Source of the DNA: Synergistaceae bacterium
GTDB taxonomy: Bacteria > Synergistota > Synergistia > Synergistales > Synergistaceae
Assembly: GCA_031269875.1 (NCBI GenBank)
Contig: JAISYM010000085.1
Coordinates: 1,963 to 65,962 of the forward strand
Reading direction: 5' to 3'
DNA: 64,000 nucleotides
Positions 53,445 to 63,496 of this stretch are shown one piece after another; the stretch's first letter is position 1, and each line of letters opens with the position of its first letter. The notes beneath the pieces were generated by a model. It did no database searches and was not told the DNA's origin. It saw nothing but the letters and a program-made list of their open reading frames with translations. The translations under genes were made by a program, and so were the position numbers.

Positions 53445-56400
53445 GAGCGCGCCATCCTTGGTGAGAGCGCGACGAGTTTTTTGAGTTCCCTGTCGGACAA
53501 TTCGGTGATCCAGTTGCCGCGCTCCAGGATCACGCTGTCCGCCAGCGTTTTTTTTGACGCTATCATGTCGCCTATGCGTTCCTCGAGCGTTCCCTTGCAG
53601 CAGAATATATGAACCTGCACGTTGGATGTCTGGCCGATCCTGTAAGCTCTGTCGATGGCCTGCGTCTCGACCGCCGGATTCCACCACCGGTCGTACATGA
53701 CGACCTGGTTCGCCCTGGTGAGGTTCAGTCCAACGCCGCCCGCCCGCAACGACAGGACGAAGAATCTCGCCCCCTCGCTCTCCTGAAAGGCGCGCACCAT
53801 TTTGTCCCTGTCTGCCTTCGGCACCCCGCCGTGCAGGAAAAAAGCCTCGCGCCCGAAACGTTCCTGAAGCTGGTACTTGAGGATTTCCCCCATTTCGACG
53901 TATTGGGTGAATATGAGCGTCCCGTCGCCGGCCTCGTGCATCTCTTCCGCCAGAGACATAAGCCTTTCCAGTTTCGACGAGCGCTCAGGGTCCAAGTCCC
54001 CGTCTTTCGCGAACAGGGAGGGATGGTCGCATATTTGTTTCATTCTGGTGAGACCGGCCAGAACCAGGCCCTTTCTCTTCATGCCGGACACGCTATCGAG
54101 TTCCCTCGTGAATTCGCCGGCGACGGCCGCGTACAGTTTCATCTGCTCGCGTTTAAGGCCGCAATACTCCACCGTCTCTATCTTGCGGGGGAGATCCGGC
54201 GCTATCGCCGGATCGGTCTTGAGCCTGCGCATTATAAACGGCCGCACCGTGTTCCTCAATTTTTCCATCGCGCCGGAATCTTGCGCGGCGGATATCGGTT
54301 TGACGTAACGGTTGGTGAAATGCCTTCTGCTGCCAAGCATGCCCGGCATGAGAAATTCCATGATCGACCACAGGTCGCCGACGTGATTCTCGATGGGCGT
54401 GCCGGTGAGCGCTATTCTCCAGTCGGCGCGCAGGCTTCTCGCGGCGCGCGACTGCCTCGTGTCGTGGTTCTTGATGTTCTGTGCTTCGTCGAGGATGATA
54501 CCGTGCCAGCCGACATTTTTGTATAATTCGGCGTCGCGGTGAAGCAGCGCGTAACTCGACATCACCAAGGCGCTCGATTCGGCCGCGCGGGCGAATGCCT
54601 CGCCTCGCCGTCTGTCGTGTCCGTGATGTATGTAAAGCGGCAGTGAGGGGAAAAATTTCTCGGCCTCCATCCTCCAGGTCTCGATGACCGATGTCGGACA
54701 GATCAGAAGCACGGGGCGCGGACGGCCCATGCCGCGGTACCGCTCGACGAGCGCCAGCGTCTGAATCGTCTTGCCCAATCCCATATCGTCCGCGAGGCAC
54801 GCCCCGATGCCGAGCCCCGATAAAAACGCGAGCCACGAATAACCGACTTCCTGATAAGCGCGCAGTTCTCCCCTCATGTTTTTCGGCGCTGGGAGTATCT
54901 CGGGCGGAACCTCGCTCCGCAGAGCCGCGTATATCGATTCGAGTTCAGGCATGTCCGAAAACCCGTCGATGAAGGGATCCTGTATCGCGATACGTATGGC
55001 ATCGACCGTCGAAATTTCCTCCGGTAAACGTCCGAGGCGGAGCATGAGTTCCGAGACGCGCTCGCGCGATATGTACGCCCACTCCCCCCTCAAGCGAATC
55101 AATGGGCAATCGCCGTCCACCACCGCGCGTTTTTCTTTGTCCGACAAAACGGTTCCGCGCCACGCGAGGCGCCACCGTAACGATGAATCTTCGCCGCGCG
55201 TACCGAGGATCGCGAGCATCTCGGACGAATTTTCGCTCCACCAGTCTGGGTAAATTACTTTCACACCCATTTCCGTCAACTCCGGGGCGTGGTTTTGCAA
55301 AAAATCCGCGGTTTCGGCGAGCGTCAGCGGGCACCCCTCGGGAGCGGGCAATTCGAGGCTCCTTTCTACGGGGGGAAAGACCGCGCCGATCCGGCCGAGC
55401 ATGAGAAGTGTGTAGCGCCTCATATAACCGGCTTCGGAAGTGTCACTCGGCGCGTTCCAGACATCGCGCGCCGGGAGCGTCCTGCCCGATGTCTCGCATA
55501 CGGACGAATACTCCAGATGCCAATGGCCGGGGTTTTTCCCGCTTCCCGAGAGCGTCACCGCCAGTTGAAAGGGAACGTGCGCCATCCACTCGTAACAGCC
55601 GCGCCATTCTTTCACCTCGCGGTATATGGACGCGAGTGACTGGCTCAGGCCGTCGGTCTCACCCATCCAGCCGAGAGAGCGAATCCACAGCGCGTGCGGG
55701 TTCAGCGCGTTCACCAGTTTTCCGCGGCGTTTCCTCTCGCGGGCGTACTCGGCGGGACAGGAGGCGTTTTTCATTATCGCCTTCATCACCTTGCGCGACG
55801 ACGCGTCCGCGTCGCAGCTCCCCTTTTGCGTCCATGCGTCCCGGATGAGGCCGTCGAGGAAATCGGAGATTATATCGCGCAGCACCGTTTCGGCCGGCGC
55901 GTCCCCGCCGCGCGATGTCCTCAGAATATCGGGCATCACGCCGCGCAGCCTGCGGTACCTCGCGGCGTCGTCACCGGCTAGCATCGGCGTCCAGATGGAT
56001 TCGTACCTGTTTTTATCCTCCGACATCCTGATATCGGGCAAAAATCTTCCGCGCTCCAGCATCGAGACGACGAAAGAGCAGCATTCCATCACGTAACAGA
56101 GATCGAGCGCGGCCATGAGCCCATTTGCCAGAAACCTGCCGTCGGGCGATACGGTCTCGCGCGAGGTGAAAAATTCTCTCGTCTCGGCCAAAACCGCCGC
56201 GCCGGCGGGAACCGCTTCCGCCATCCAGACTTGCGCGGACGCTCCGTTTGCGGCCCGCGCGTATCGTTTGGGAAGTTCGCCGAGGAGAGGGGTCGACGGG
56301 ATCGGATATTTGCCGCCGACGGTGGGCAGTTTCAGCTCTATTTTCGCGGCGCCGGCCGGGAAAGGGTATTCGCACCCACCGGAGGACAAAGCCTCGCGGA

Positions 56401-56539
56401 TGCGTTCGGCGTCGGGAGCGTACGGATGATCCGGTATCGCGCCCGTAAGACGGCGCCTGCCCCTGAAATTCCTGCCCGCGAACGAGCGCTCCCCCCAGAG
56501 GAAGAAGCCTTCACCGCGGCAGCAATGGAGGATCAGCAC
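53441..56539 (-). CDS. SNF2-family helicase (mirror copy)
   Basis: Mirror of 5958..9056, with an identical 1032-aa translation. Confidence 0.85.
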   Translation of the reverse strand: MLILHCCRGEGFFLWGERSFAGRNFRGRRRLTGAIPDHPYAPDAERIREALSSGGCEYPFPAGAAKIELKLPTVGGKYPIPSTPLLGELPKRYARAANGASAQVWMAEAVPAGAAVLAETREFFTSRETVSPDGRFLANGLMAALDLCYVMECCSFVVSMLERGRFLPDIRMSEDKNRYESIWTPMLAGDDAARYRRLRGVMPDILRTSRGGDAPAETVLRDIISDFLDGLIRDAWTQKGSCDADASSRKVMKAIMKNASCPAEYARERKRRGKLVNALNPHALWIRSLGWMGETDGLSQSLASIYREVKEWRGCYEWMAHVPFQLAVTLSGSGKNPGHWHLEYSSVCETSGRTLPARDVWNAPSDTSEAGYMRRYTLLMLGRIGAVFPPVERSLELPAPEGCPLTLAETADFLQNHAPELTEMGVKVIYPDWWSENSSEMLAILGTRGEDSSLRWRLAWRGTVLSDKEKRAVVDGDCPLIRLRGEWAYISRERVSELMLRLGRLPEEISTVDAIRIAIQDPFIDGFSDMPELESIYAALRSEVPPEILPAPKNMRGELRAYQEVGYSWLAFLSGLGIGACLADDMGLGKTIQTLALVERYRGMGRPRPVLLICPTSVIETWRMEAEKFFPSLPLYIHHGHDRRRGEAFARAAESSALVMSSYALLHRDAELYKNVGWHGIILDEAQNIKNHDTRQSRAARSLRADWRIALTGTPIENHVGDLWSIMEFLMPGMLGSRRHFTNRYVKPISAAQDSGAMEKLRNTVRPFIMRRLKTDPAIAPDLPRKIETVEYCGLKREQMKLYAAVAGEFTRELDSVSGMKRKGLVLAGLTRMKQICDHPSLFAKDGDLDPERSSKLERLMSLAEEMHEAGDGTLIFTQYVEMGEILKYQLQERFGREAFFLHGGVPKADRDKMVRAFQESEGARFFVLSLRAGGVGLNLTRANQVVMYDRWWNPAVETQAIDRAYRIGQTSNVQVHIFCCKGTLEERIGDMIASKKTLADSVILERGNWITELSDRELKKLVALSPRMARS

Positions 56540-56557
56540 GTTACGCTACCCCGGCGT

Positions 56558-58216
56558 TCAATCCTCAAAGCAGCCTCCTCCTATGAATTCGCGCAGTATG
56601 GATAGGTTCGGCACGTTATCGGACGGTATGACCGGCGCGAAACTGAGCATGGACAGAAGGCGCGACGCTTCGCCGTATGCGGGGGAGTTCTCCGGCACGG
56701 AGCGCAGCAGAGGTTCCGCGTATCCCTTCATCACCGATATCTCGTAGACAAGCGATGAGTTGAAAAGCAGGTCGGCTCCCTCCTCGTAAGGAAAGATATG
56801 TTTGTGCGAACCCTTCACCACCGACGGCCACATGAGAAGCGTGTGTTCAGGGCCGTGCCCCCTCGTGCGGTAGTCGCGCACCAGTCTGCGCAAAAGCCGC
56901 GTGTCCGTGGTGCCTATCCTGTTGTGCGCGTCGAGATTGACCCCGGTGAGGGGGGATATGAATACTTTGCGTTTGGCTTCCTTAGGGATATCCGCGGTGA
57001 GTTTGTCGTTGAGTCCGTGAATGCCCTCAATGATCAGGATGTCGTTCAGGTGGAGCCTCAGTTTGCGTCCGGGTTTTCGGGTGCCGGCGACGAAATCGTA
57101 CCTCGGAAGCTGAACTTCCTCGCCCGCCAGGAGGGCGTTTATCTGTTCGTTTATCAGCTCCAGGTCGAGGGCTTCCAGCGTCTCGAAATCGTAATCGCCG
57201 TTTTCGCCGCGGGGCGTTTTGTCGCGGTCGACGTAATAATCGTCCAGCGCGATAGCTATCGGATTTTTGCCGCTCACCTGGAGCTGTATCGCGAGACGCT
57301 TGGAAGTGGTGGTCTTTCCCGAGCTGGACGGCCCGGCAAGACAGAGCAGCCTTACCTCGGGACGTCCGATTACGCTGTTCGCGATGCGCGCTAAGGCCTC
57401 GCCGTGAAACGCCTCGGATATCAGTATCAGTTCGAGCGATTTTCCTCTCGCCACGCGCTCGTGGAGGCTGTCCATGGTGGAGAGTCCCAATACGTCGAGC
57501 CAGTTCGAGTATTCGCGGAACACATCCATCAGTTTCGGCACGACCTGAAGCGGGGGAAGTGCGTCAGGGGCCGTTATCGACGGAAACCGCAGCAAAAACC
57601 CCGGCGCGAAGAAGTTGAGATCGAACGTTTTTATGACGCTGGTGGACGACGCCAGCGGGACGCCGAAATAGCCGTATATGCCGGCGCACCTGTAGAGCAT
57701 GACCGGGTCGGCTCCCGTGCATTGAATGAGCCTTGCCCTGTCACCGCTGCCCTGGCGCTCGAATATCCTGCGGGCTTTGTCCAGGGGGAGCGTGGCAAGC
57801 TGGATGGGGAGCGCGGAGGCCGCCATCTTCTCCATCTCTTCCCTCACGCGCGCGATCTGCTCCTCGGTGGCCGGTCCCTTTTGAAATTCGCAGTAATAAC
57901 TGTCGCTCATCGAATATTTCACGGACACGTCCCGGTCGAGCGCCCTCTTGCAGGCGAGGGCCAGAAGGAACGTCAGCGTGCTCCTGTAGATTTCGGCCCC
58001 CTCGAATGTCGACGTGTCCACGAATTCCACGTCGGCTTCGTCGTCGATGACCCAGCTCATGGGGCGCAGAATTTTGTTGACCCGCCACGCCATGACGAGC
58101 CCCGGACCCCTGGCGTCGGTATCCGTGAACGACAGTACCTCGTGTCCCATTATCGGCGTGTCGGAATATATTTTCTGAACTTTATCGCCCTCGATTACAT
58201 TCACAGTAAACCCCAT
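56558..58216 (-). CDS. Uridine kinase/PRK-family kinase with N-terminal extension (mirror copy)
   Basis: Mirror of 4281..5939. Confidence 0.65.
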   Translation of the reverse strand: MGFTVNVIEGDKVQKIYSDTPIMGHEVLSFTDTDARGPGLVMAWRVNKILRPMSWVIDDEADVEFVDTSTFEGAEIYRSTLTFLLALACKRALDRDVSVKYSMSDSYYCEFQKGPATEEQIARVREEMEKMAASALPIQLATLPLDKARRIFERQGSGDRARLIQCTGADPVMLYRCAGIYGYFGVPLASSTSVIKTFDLNFFAPGFLLRFPSITAPDALPPLQVVPKLMDVFREYSNWLDVLGLSTMDSLHERVARGKSLELILISEAFHGEALARIANSVIGRPEVRLLCLAGPSSSGKTTTSKRLAIQLQVSGKNPIAIALDDYYVDRDKTPRGENGDYDFETLEALDLELINEQINALLAGEEVQLPRYDFVAGTRKPGRKLRLHLNDILIIEGIHGLNDKLTADIPKEAKRKVFISPLTGVNLDAHNRIGTTDTRLLRRLVRDYRTRGHGPEHTLLMWPSVVKGSHKHIFPYEEGADLLFNSSLVYEISVMKGYAEPLLRSVPENSPAYGEASRLLSMLSFAPVIPSDNVPNLSILREFIGGGCFED

Positions 58217-58309
58217 AACTCGCATCCCTCCGATTGGACGGTTTAAATTGACGCATGTCCAAATGAACATTATAGAATATAATAACACGTGACGGGAAAC
58301 GCACTTTTA

Positions 58310-58337
58310 ATTGTACCATCAAAGGGCGTTTCGTCAA
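58310..58337 (-). promoter_or_regulatory. Sigma70-type promoter for the kinase-family gene (mirror copy)
   Basis: Mirror of 4160..4187. Confidence 0.45.
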
Positions 58338-58363
58338 TTTTAAATGCGGAAAGGATTTATTTT

Positions 58364-59770
58364 ATGCGAGAAATTTCGGTAAAAAAAATCATGCCGCGCC
58401 TCGCGGCGCTTCTCCTTGCGGTGGTCTTGCTCGCCGGATTCGAAGCCGCGCCCGCGAACGGCGCCGCGAAATATATATTTCTTTTCATAGGGGACGGAAT
58501 GGGGACGGCGCAGAGAAACGCCGCTGAAATGTATCTGGCTGGCATGAGGGAGGCGCGCGGCGACGTCACTCCCCGCGAGGCTCAGCTCGCGATGAATTTG
58601 CTGCCGGTGCAGGGATTCATCGAAACTGATTCGCTCTCCGGCATCACGGACTCCGCCGCGGCGGGCACCGCGCTCGCGACGGGGCACAAGGCGCGGAACG
58701 GAGTGGTGGCGATGAACCCCAAATCCGGCGAAAATTACGTCTCGATCGCCGAAATGGCTCACCGAAAGGGCATGAAGACGGGCATCGTCACGTCGTCGTT
58801 CTTTCAGGACGCTACTCCGGCTGCCTTCTACGGGCACGCCGGAAAAAGGACCGAACATTATTCCTTGGGGATTCAACTGACCGGCAGCGGATACGAGTAT
58901 TTCGGCGGGGGCGGTTTCCGAAACCCCAAAGGGCGCGACAAAAAAAGCGCCGATCTTTACGGGATAGCGTCGTCGAAGGGATACGCGGTGACCCGCGATC
59001 TCGGCGCGCCCATAGCGGATAAAGTGATAGCCGTGCACCCCAGGGCGTCGAACGGATACATGCCGTGGGTCATCGACGAAAGAAGCGGCCCGTCCCTGGC
59101 CGATCTAGTGGATTACGGAATCGAGACGCTCGACGGCCGTGACGGTTTTTTCATGATGGTGGAAGGGGGTAAAATAGATCTCGCCTGTCACGCTCACGAC
59201 GCCGCCGCGACGGTGCGCGAGACGATGGCGTTCGACGAAGCGGTGGAACGCGCGGTCAAATTCATGGAGACGAGGCCCGGGTCGACACTGATAGTGGTCA
59301 CGGGCGACCACGAGACTGGGGGTATGGCGCTCTCCTCCCTTGATCATGCGGAAAACGCCGTCTACGATACGCTCTCGCTGCAGCAAGGCTCGTACGCCGT
59401 TTTCGAGCGGCGCGTCTCCCCCAAAAAGGGCGAAAAAATGGCCGATTACGTGAACACCGCGAAAAAATTTTTCGGGCCATGGATAGCCGCCGCGCCGGAT
59501 ATCGAACGCGCGTTCAAGCTGAGCGCGATGGCCGCCAAAAGCAGAAAATCCGCCGCGGCGAACTACGACAAACTGTACTCCGCATACGACCCGTTCACGA
59601 TCGCCTGCATGGCGTCCTCGAACGCGCACTGCGGTATCACTTGGTCGACGTTCGGACACACCGGCAAAAAGGTGCCCGTGTCGGCCGCCGGAATAAAATC
59701 CGAATCCTTCGCCGGAGAATACGAGAACACCGGCATATATGACAGAATACTGTCCGCCATGGCCGACTGA
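58364..59770 (+). CDS. Alkaline phosphatase, exported (mirror copy)
   Basis: Mirror of 2727..4133. The ATG at 58364 is 8 nt after GGAAAGGA. Confidence 0.85.
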   Translation: MREISVKKIMPRLAALLLAVVLLAGFEAAPANGAAKYIFLFIGDGMGTAQRNAAEMYLAGMREARGDVTPREAQLAMNLLPVQGFIETDSLSGITDSAAAGTALATGHKARNGVVAMNPKSGENYVSIAEMAHRKGMKTGIVTSSFFQDATPAAFYGHAGKRTEHYSLGIQLTGSGYEYFGGGGFRNPKGRDKKSADLYGIASSKGYAVTRDLGAPIADKVIAVHPRASNGYMPWVIDERSGPSLADLVDYGIETLDGRDGFFMMVEGGKIDLACHAHDAAATVRETMAFDEAVERAVKFMETRPGSTLIVVTGDHETGGMALSSLDHAENAVYDTLSLQQGSYAVFERRVSPKKGEKMADYVNTAKKFFGPWIAAAPDIERAFKLSAMAAKSRKSAAANYDKLYSAYDPFTIACMASSNAHCGITWSTFGHTGKKVPVSAAGIKSESFAGEYENTGIYDRILSAMAD

Positions 59771-59811
59771 CGCCTGCGCGGGACGAAACAAAACACGACA
59801 GGAAGTGAAGT

Positions 59812-60288
59812 TTGATGGAAAAAATCAAGAAAATAGGGTTGGTGGCTCACGACGCGCGAAAACAGGACATGCTCGACTGGGTGCGTTTCAACGCGGTGAC
59901 ACTGGCCCCTCACAGGATAATCTGCACCGGCACCACCGGCAAGCTCATAGCTGAGATGTTCGAGAGGGAATTCCCGAAACTCAGTCTCAGCCTGACGTGC
60001 CTCAAATCGGGTCCTCTGGGAGGCGACCAGCAGATGGGAGCTCTCATAACCGAGGGAAATCTCGATATACTGGTCTTCCTCACGGATCCGATGACAACAC
60101 AGCCGCACGACGTCGACGTCAAAGCACTGGTGCGCCTTTGCACCGTTTACAACACCGTAATCGCATGCAACAAATCGACCGCCGACTTCGTGATAAGCTC
60201 CCCCCTCTTCGCCGAACCCTACAAACCGGTAGTGCACGACTATTCGAACTATCTGATGAGGGAAGCCTCGGAGAGGAAGGATTACTGA
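59812..60288 (+). CDS. mgsA: Methylglyoxal synthase (mirror copy)
   Basis: Mirror of 2209..2685, with an identical translation. Confidence 0.9.
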   Translation: MMEKIKKIGLVAHDARKQDMLDWVRFNAVTLAPHRIICTGTTGKLIAEMFEREFPKLSLSLTCLKSGPLGGDQQMGALITEGNLDILVFLTDPMTTQPHDVDVKALVRLCTVYNTVIACNKSTADFVISSPLFAEPYKPVVHDYSNYLMREASERKDY

Positions 60289-60451
60289 AAACCAAGGAAA
60301 GTTCAGGCTGATTAATTGATCAGCGCTTACTCACGCTGGTTGTTCAGAGGCAAAGTCCAACCAGCGGGAGCTATAAAGGTTCATGCCTGTGGTTCAGTAA
60401 TAAATTCAGCCAATTTCCCTCAAGGGGAATCTTCTCTTAAAATTTTAACAT

Positions 60452-60479
60452 TTGACATTTCGCCGCTCTGCGCGATAAT
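60452..60479 (+). promoter_or_regulatory. Sigma70-type promoter for the coiled-coil protein gene (mirror copy)
   Basis: TTGACA (60452..60457), 16-nt spacer, GATAAT (60474..60479). Confidence 0.5.
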
Positions 60480-60512
60480 TATGTTAATTTCACCATGGGA
60501 GGGCATCAAGGG

Positions 60513-61142
60513 ATGACCGAACAAGAATTCAGGGAATTGACCGCTTACCAGCCGCCCAGCCCGCCGCCGAAGGCTCACGGTCCGGCGGTGGCTTCAGTCG
60601 CGGCCGCGGTGGCCGCTGTAAAGACGCCGATTAACAACACAGCGCAGGAACCGCCTGCGCCGGAACAGATATTGCAGGTCCCGGCGCAGCCTCGAGAAGA
60701 ACCGGTGCAAATACCGATTGAGGCGCAAATACAGACGACCGCTCAGGCTCATGCACAGGCACAAGGGCAGGTATATCCGCCGCAGATAGAATCTTCCGCG
60801 CCGGCGCCGCAGAGCGTGTCCTTCGAAATGGTCCCGCAGCAAAAACACGAAGAATTGATGGAACAATACGCCCGTCTGAGCGACCGTTTCAAACGCCTGG
60901 TGGAAGAACGGGATTCGCTCTCGCGGCAGGTGTCGGAACTCAAACACTCTATCGCGGAACAGGGCCAGGCCGGAGAGTCCAAGGGACGTGACTACAAAGA
61001 GGAGATACGGCTATTGGGAAAACTGATAGACGACGAACAGGCGCTTCGTAACGCCGCTCAACCGGGGGACGAGCTTTACGCGAGACATGACAAGCTTGTG
61101 AGCGTTTTTCTGAATATTGTAGCCCAACTGAACAATCCTTAA
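60513..61142 (+). CDS. Hypothetical Pro/Gln-rich coiled-coil protein (mirror copy)
   Basis: Mirror of 1355..1984. The ATG at 60513 is 9 nt after GGGAGGG. Confidence 0.55.
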   Translation: MTEQEFRELTAYQPPSPPPKAHGPAVASVAAAVAAVKTPINNTAQEPPAPEQILQVPAQPREEPVQIPIEAQIQTTAQAHAQAQGQVYPPQIESSAPAPQSVSFEMVPQQKHEELMEQYARLSDRFKRLVEERDSLSRQVSELKHSIAEQGQAGESKGRDYKEEIRLLGKLIDDEQALRNAAQPGDELYARHDKLVSVFLNIVAQLNNP

Positions 61143-62326
61143 GTTTTAGGGGCCGTTGTGCCCGGCGCGCCGTTCGGTTTATCCGGTTCATCCGCCGGAG
61201 GCATTCCCGCTTCCGGCGTAAATGTCGCGGTGTGGTACAGGCGAAGCATGAAGTAAGCTACCGACAGTATCAACGGCCCCATGAAAAGGCCTAAGAAGCC
61301 CCAGGTGTAAATTCCTCCGAGGAGGCCCGTGAATATCATGAGAATATGAGCGTTCGTCTCCTCATATATAAAAAGCGGTCTCAGCAGATTGTCGATCGAG
61401 CTGACGACGAGAATGCTCCATGCGAGGAGAATCGCCGCGTTTTTCACGTCGCCGGATGCGAAAAGATAAACGGCTCCCGGTACCATGACCATCGGAGTCC
61501 CCACAAACGGCAGCATGGCCAGGAAAAACATCAGCGAGCCGAAAAGCACCGGATTCGACAACCCTACGAACCACCACCCAAGCCCCCCAAGCGCCGCCTG
61601 AATCCCGGCCGTCATGATTATCCCGTAAAAAATCGCGTAGAGCATCTGTTTGACACGCGAGAAGAATACATCCTTCTCCGTCTCCGAGAGGGGCAGTATC
61701 TCCCTCGCGAAACGGGCGAAACTCTCTCCGTCGTGGGTGAGAAAAAACGTGCCGACCGTTATGACGAGCAGGTTGAAACCGAGCTGAAACGCGTTGCCCA
61801 GTATCTGTCCCGACAGTTTGGTCATGAATGACGTGATGATGCCCGGAAGGTTCGCCGCCATGTCGCTCCACATGGGCAGTTCGAAGAAGTCCGGATATTT
61901 CGACAGAAGCCAGTCGAGATGTGGTATCGGCAAAACCGCGCTCAACGGACGTCCTCTCACTGTGGGAAACCATTCCACGAAGAATTGGTAAAAATACCCC
62001 AATTCCCGAACCACCGCCGCAATCAGGCCGAACATGGGCAGTACCAGCAGAAACAGTATCAGAAACGTATTTATGCCGGACGCGATGTACGAAAAGTGTC
62101 CTCGCATCAATTTGTGATATATGAAGCGATAGAGCGGATAGGTGAAAAAAGACAAGACGGCCGCCCAAGCGAGCGCCGAGGCGAGAGGCCATATCACCAT
62201 GGCCGCCAGCACCACGAAAAAGCACAGCAACACAATAAAAGGCGCGATGCTCTGCTTCAATCTGCTTATGAGGGCGGAGCCTTTCGAATTTTGCAAACGC
62301 ACCCCTCCGGCTATCGAAGCATCCAC
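61139..62326 (-). CDS. AI-2E family transporter (mirror copy)
   Basis: Mirror of 171..1358, with an identical translation. Confidence 0.8.
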   Translation of the reverse strand: MDASIAGGVRLQNSKGSALISRLKQSIAPFIVLLCFFVVLAAMVIWPLASALAWAAVLSFFTYPLYRFIYHKLMRGHFSYIASGINTFLILFLLVLPMFGLIAAVVRELGYFYQFFVEWFPTVRGRPLSAVLPIPHLDWLLSKYPDFFELPMWSDMAANLPGIITSFMTKLSGQILGNAFQLGFNLLVITVGTFFLTHDGESFARFAREILPLSETEKDVFFSRVKQMLYAIFYGIIMTAGIQAALGGLGWWFVGLSNPVLFGSLMFFLAMLPFVGTPMVMVPGAVYLFASGDVKNAAILLAWSILVVSSIDNLLRPLFIYEETNAHILMIFTGLLGGIYTWGFLGLFMGPLILSVAYFMLRLYHTATFTPEAGMPPADEPDKPNGAPGTTAPKT

Positions 62327-62496
62327 TGGATTATTTTAACACGTCCCGCGGCGGTTCCAAAACACCGTGTGAGATTTTGATAACAGATAATGTGTGATTT
62401 TTTCAGGAAATTTTCATCCTCGCTATCCTGTCAAGCAGTTCTTTGTGTTTTAACTTTTCTTCATCGAGTGCTGTAAGTTTTCCATACCGCTTTATG

Positions 62497-62535
62497 AAAA
62501 AGCCCTAAATCCTTGTTATTGATGGATTTAGGGCT
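62497..62535 (-). terminator. Intrinsic terminator of the oxidoreductase beta-subunit gene
   Basis: 12-bp stem agccctaaatcc (62501..62512) pairs with ggatttagggct (62524..62535), with an 11-nt loop. On the minus strand it is followed by TTTT (62497..62500). Confidence 0.6.
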
Positions 62536-62539
62536 CTCG

Positions 62540-63496
62540 TTAATTTGGCTGAAATTTAAAGCGGTCCCACTCACATTTGCGCTTCAACCTCTCCCAATCC
62601 CTATCGATGTCCTCCTGCGCGGAGGCGAGGAGACGGAATGTGTCCGCGTCTTTTTTGAAGAGGTGCGCATACCTGCCCTGGGCGCGCAGAAATTCCTCCA
62701 CCGGCTTCGGCTGCTTTGGGTCGTAGGACAGTTTATATACGCCGTCAATTACCTCGTATACCGGCCAAAACCTCGTGTCGGCGGCGAGCCGGCAAATTTC
62801 GACCTGGTCCGAGGGGTCCGTCTTCCAGAAAAGCGGGCAGGGAACCAAAACGTTTACGAACGCCGGCCCGGGAGTCTCCACGGCGCGTTTGACCTTGGCC
62901 GCCAGGTCTGTAGGGCTGTGAAGCGTCGTCTGCGCTACATAGGGGATATCGTGCGATACGGCTATTTCGGTGAGGTTTTTGGCACGCTGCGGTTTGCCGG
63001 ACGACTTCGAACCGGCGGGAGACGTGGTGGCCGACGCGGAGCGCGGCGTCGCCCCGCTCCGCTGCGCGCCGGTGTTCATGTAACCCTGGTTGTTGTAACA
63101 GATGTAGGTTATATCATGCCCACGCTCGAGCGCCCCGGAGAGCGACTGCAGGCCAATGTCGTAAGTGCCCCCGTCCCCGCCGAATGCCACGAATTTTATG
63201 TTTTCCCGGCACGCCCCTCTTTTCCTGAGCGCCTTCCCCGCGCTTTCCGCGCCAGAGATCGCGGCGCCCGCGTTCTCGAACGCTATGTGAAGGAAAGGGA
63301 CGCGCCACGCGCTGAAAGGATACACCGTCGTCGATACCTCCAGACACCCCGTGGCTCCCACCACCACCACAGGATCGTCTATCGCCATGAAAGCCTGACG
63401 CAAAGCGGTGGGGGCGCCGCAGCCGGGACACATCCGGTGCCCCTCGCAGAGCGCGTTTGAACGGTTGGTCAGTTTCTTCAGATTTATCCTGTCCAT
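62540..63496 (-). CDS. Pyruvate/2-oxoacid:ferredoxin oxidoreductase beta (TPP-binding) subunit
   Basis: 318 aa. Motifs CPGCG and GGDGGTYDIGLQSLSGALERGHDITYICYNNQGYMNTGAQRS match the TPP/Mg site of PorB/VorB-type subunits. There is no mirror partner. Confidence 0.85.
   Translation of the reverse strand: MDRINLKKLTNRSNALCEGHRMCPGCGAPTALRQAFMAIDDPVVVVGATGCLEVSTTVYPFSAWRVPFLHIAFENAGAAISGAESAGKALRKRGACRENIKFVAFGGDGGTYDIGLQSLSGALERGHDITYICYNNQGYMNTGAQRSGATPRSASATTSPAGSKSSGKPQRAKNLTEIAVSHDIPYVAQTTLHSPTDLAAKVKRAVETPGPAFVNVLVPCPLFWKTDPSDQVEICRLAADTRFWPVYEVIDGVYKLSYDPKQPKPVEEFLRAQGRYAHLFKKDADTFRLLASAQEDIDRDWERLKRKCEWDRFKFQPN

Larger units (their letters stand above)
31249..62496. repeat. Right arm of the inverted duplication; the copy contiguous with unique sequence from 62497
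   Basis: Same evidence as the left arm. Symmetry ends at 62496/62497, after which porB and porA have no mirror partner. Confidence 0.97.
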
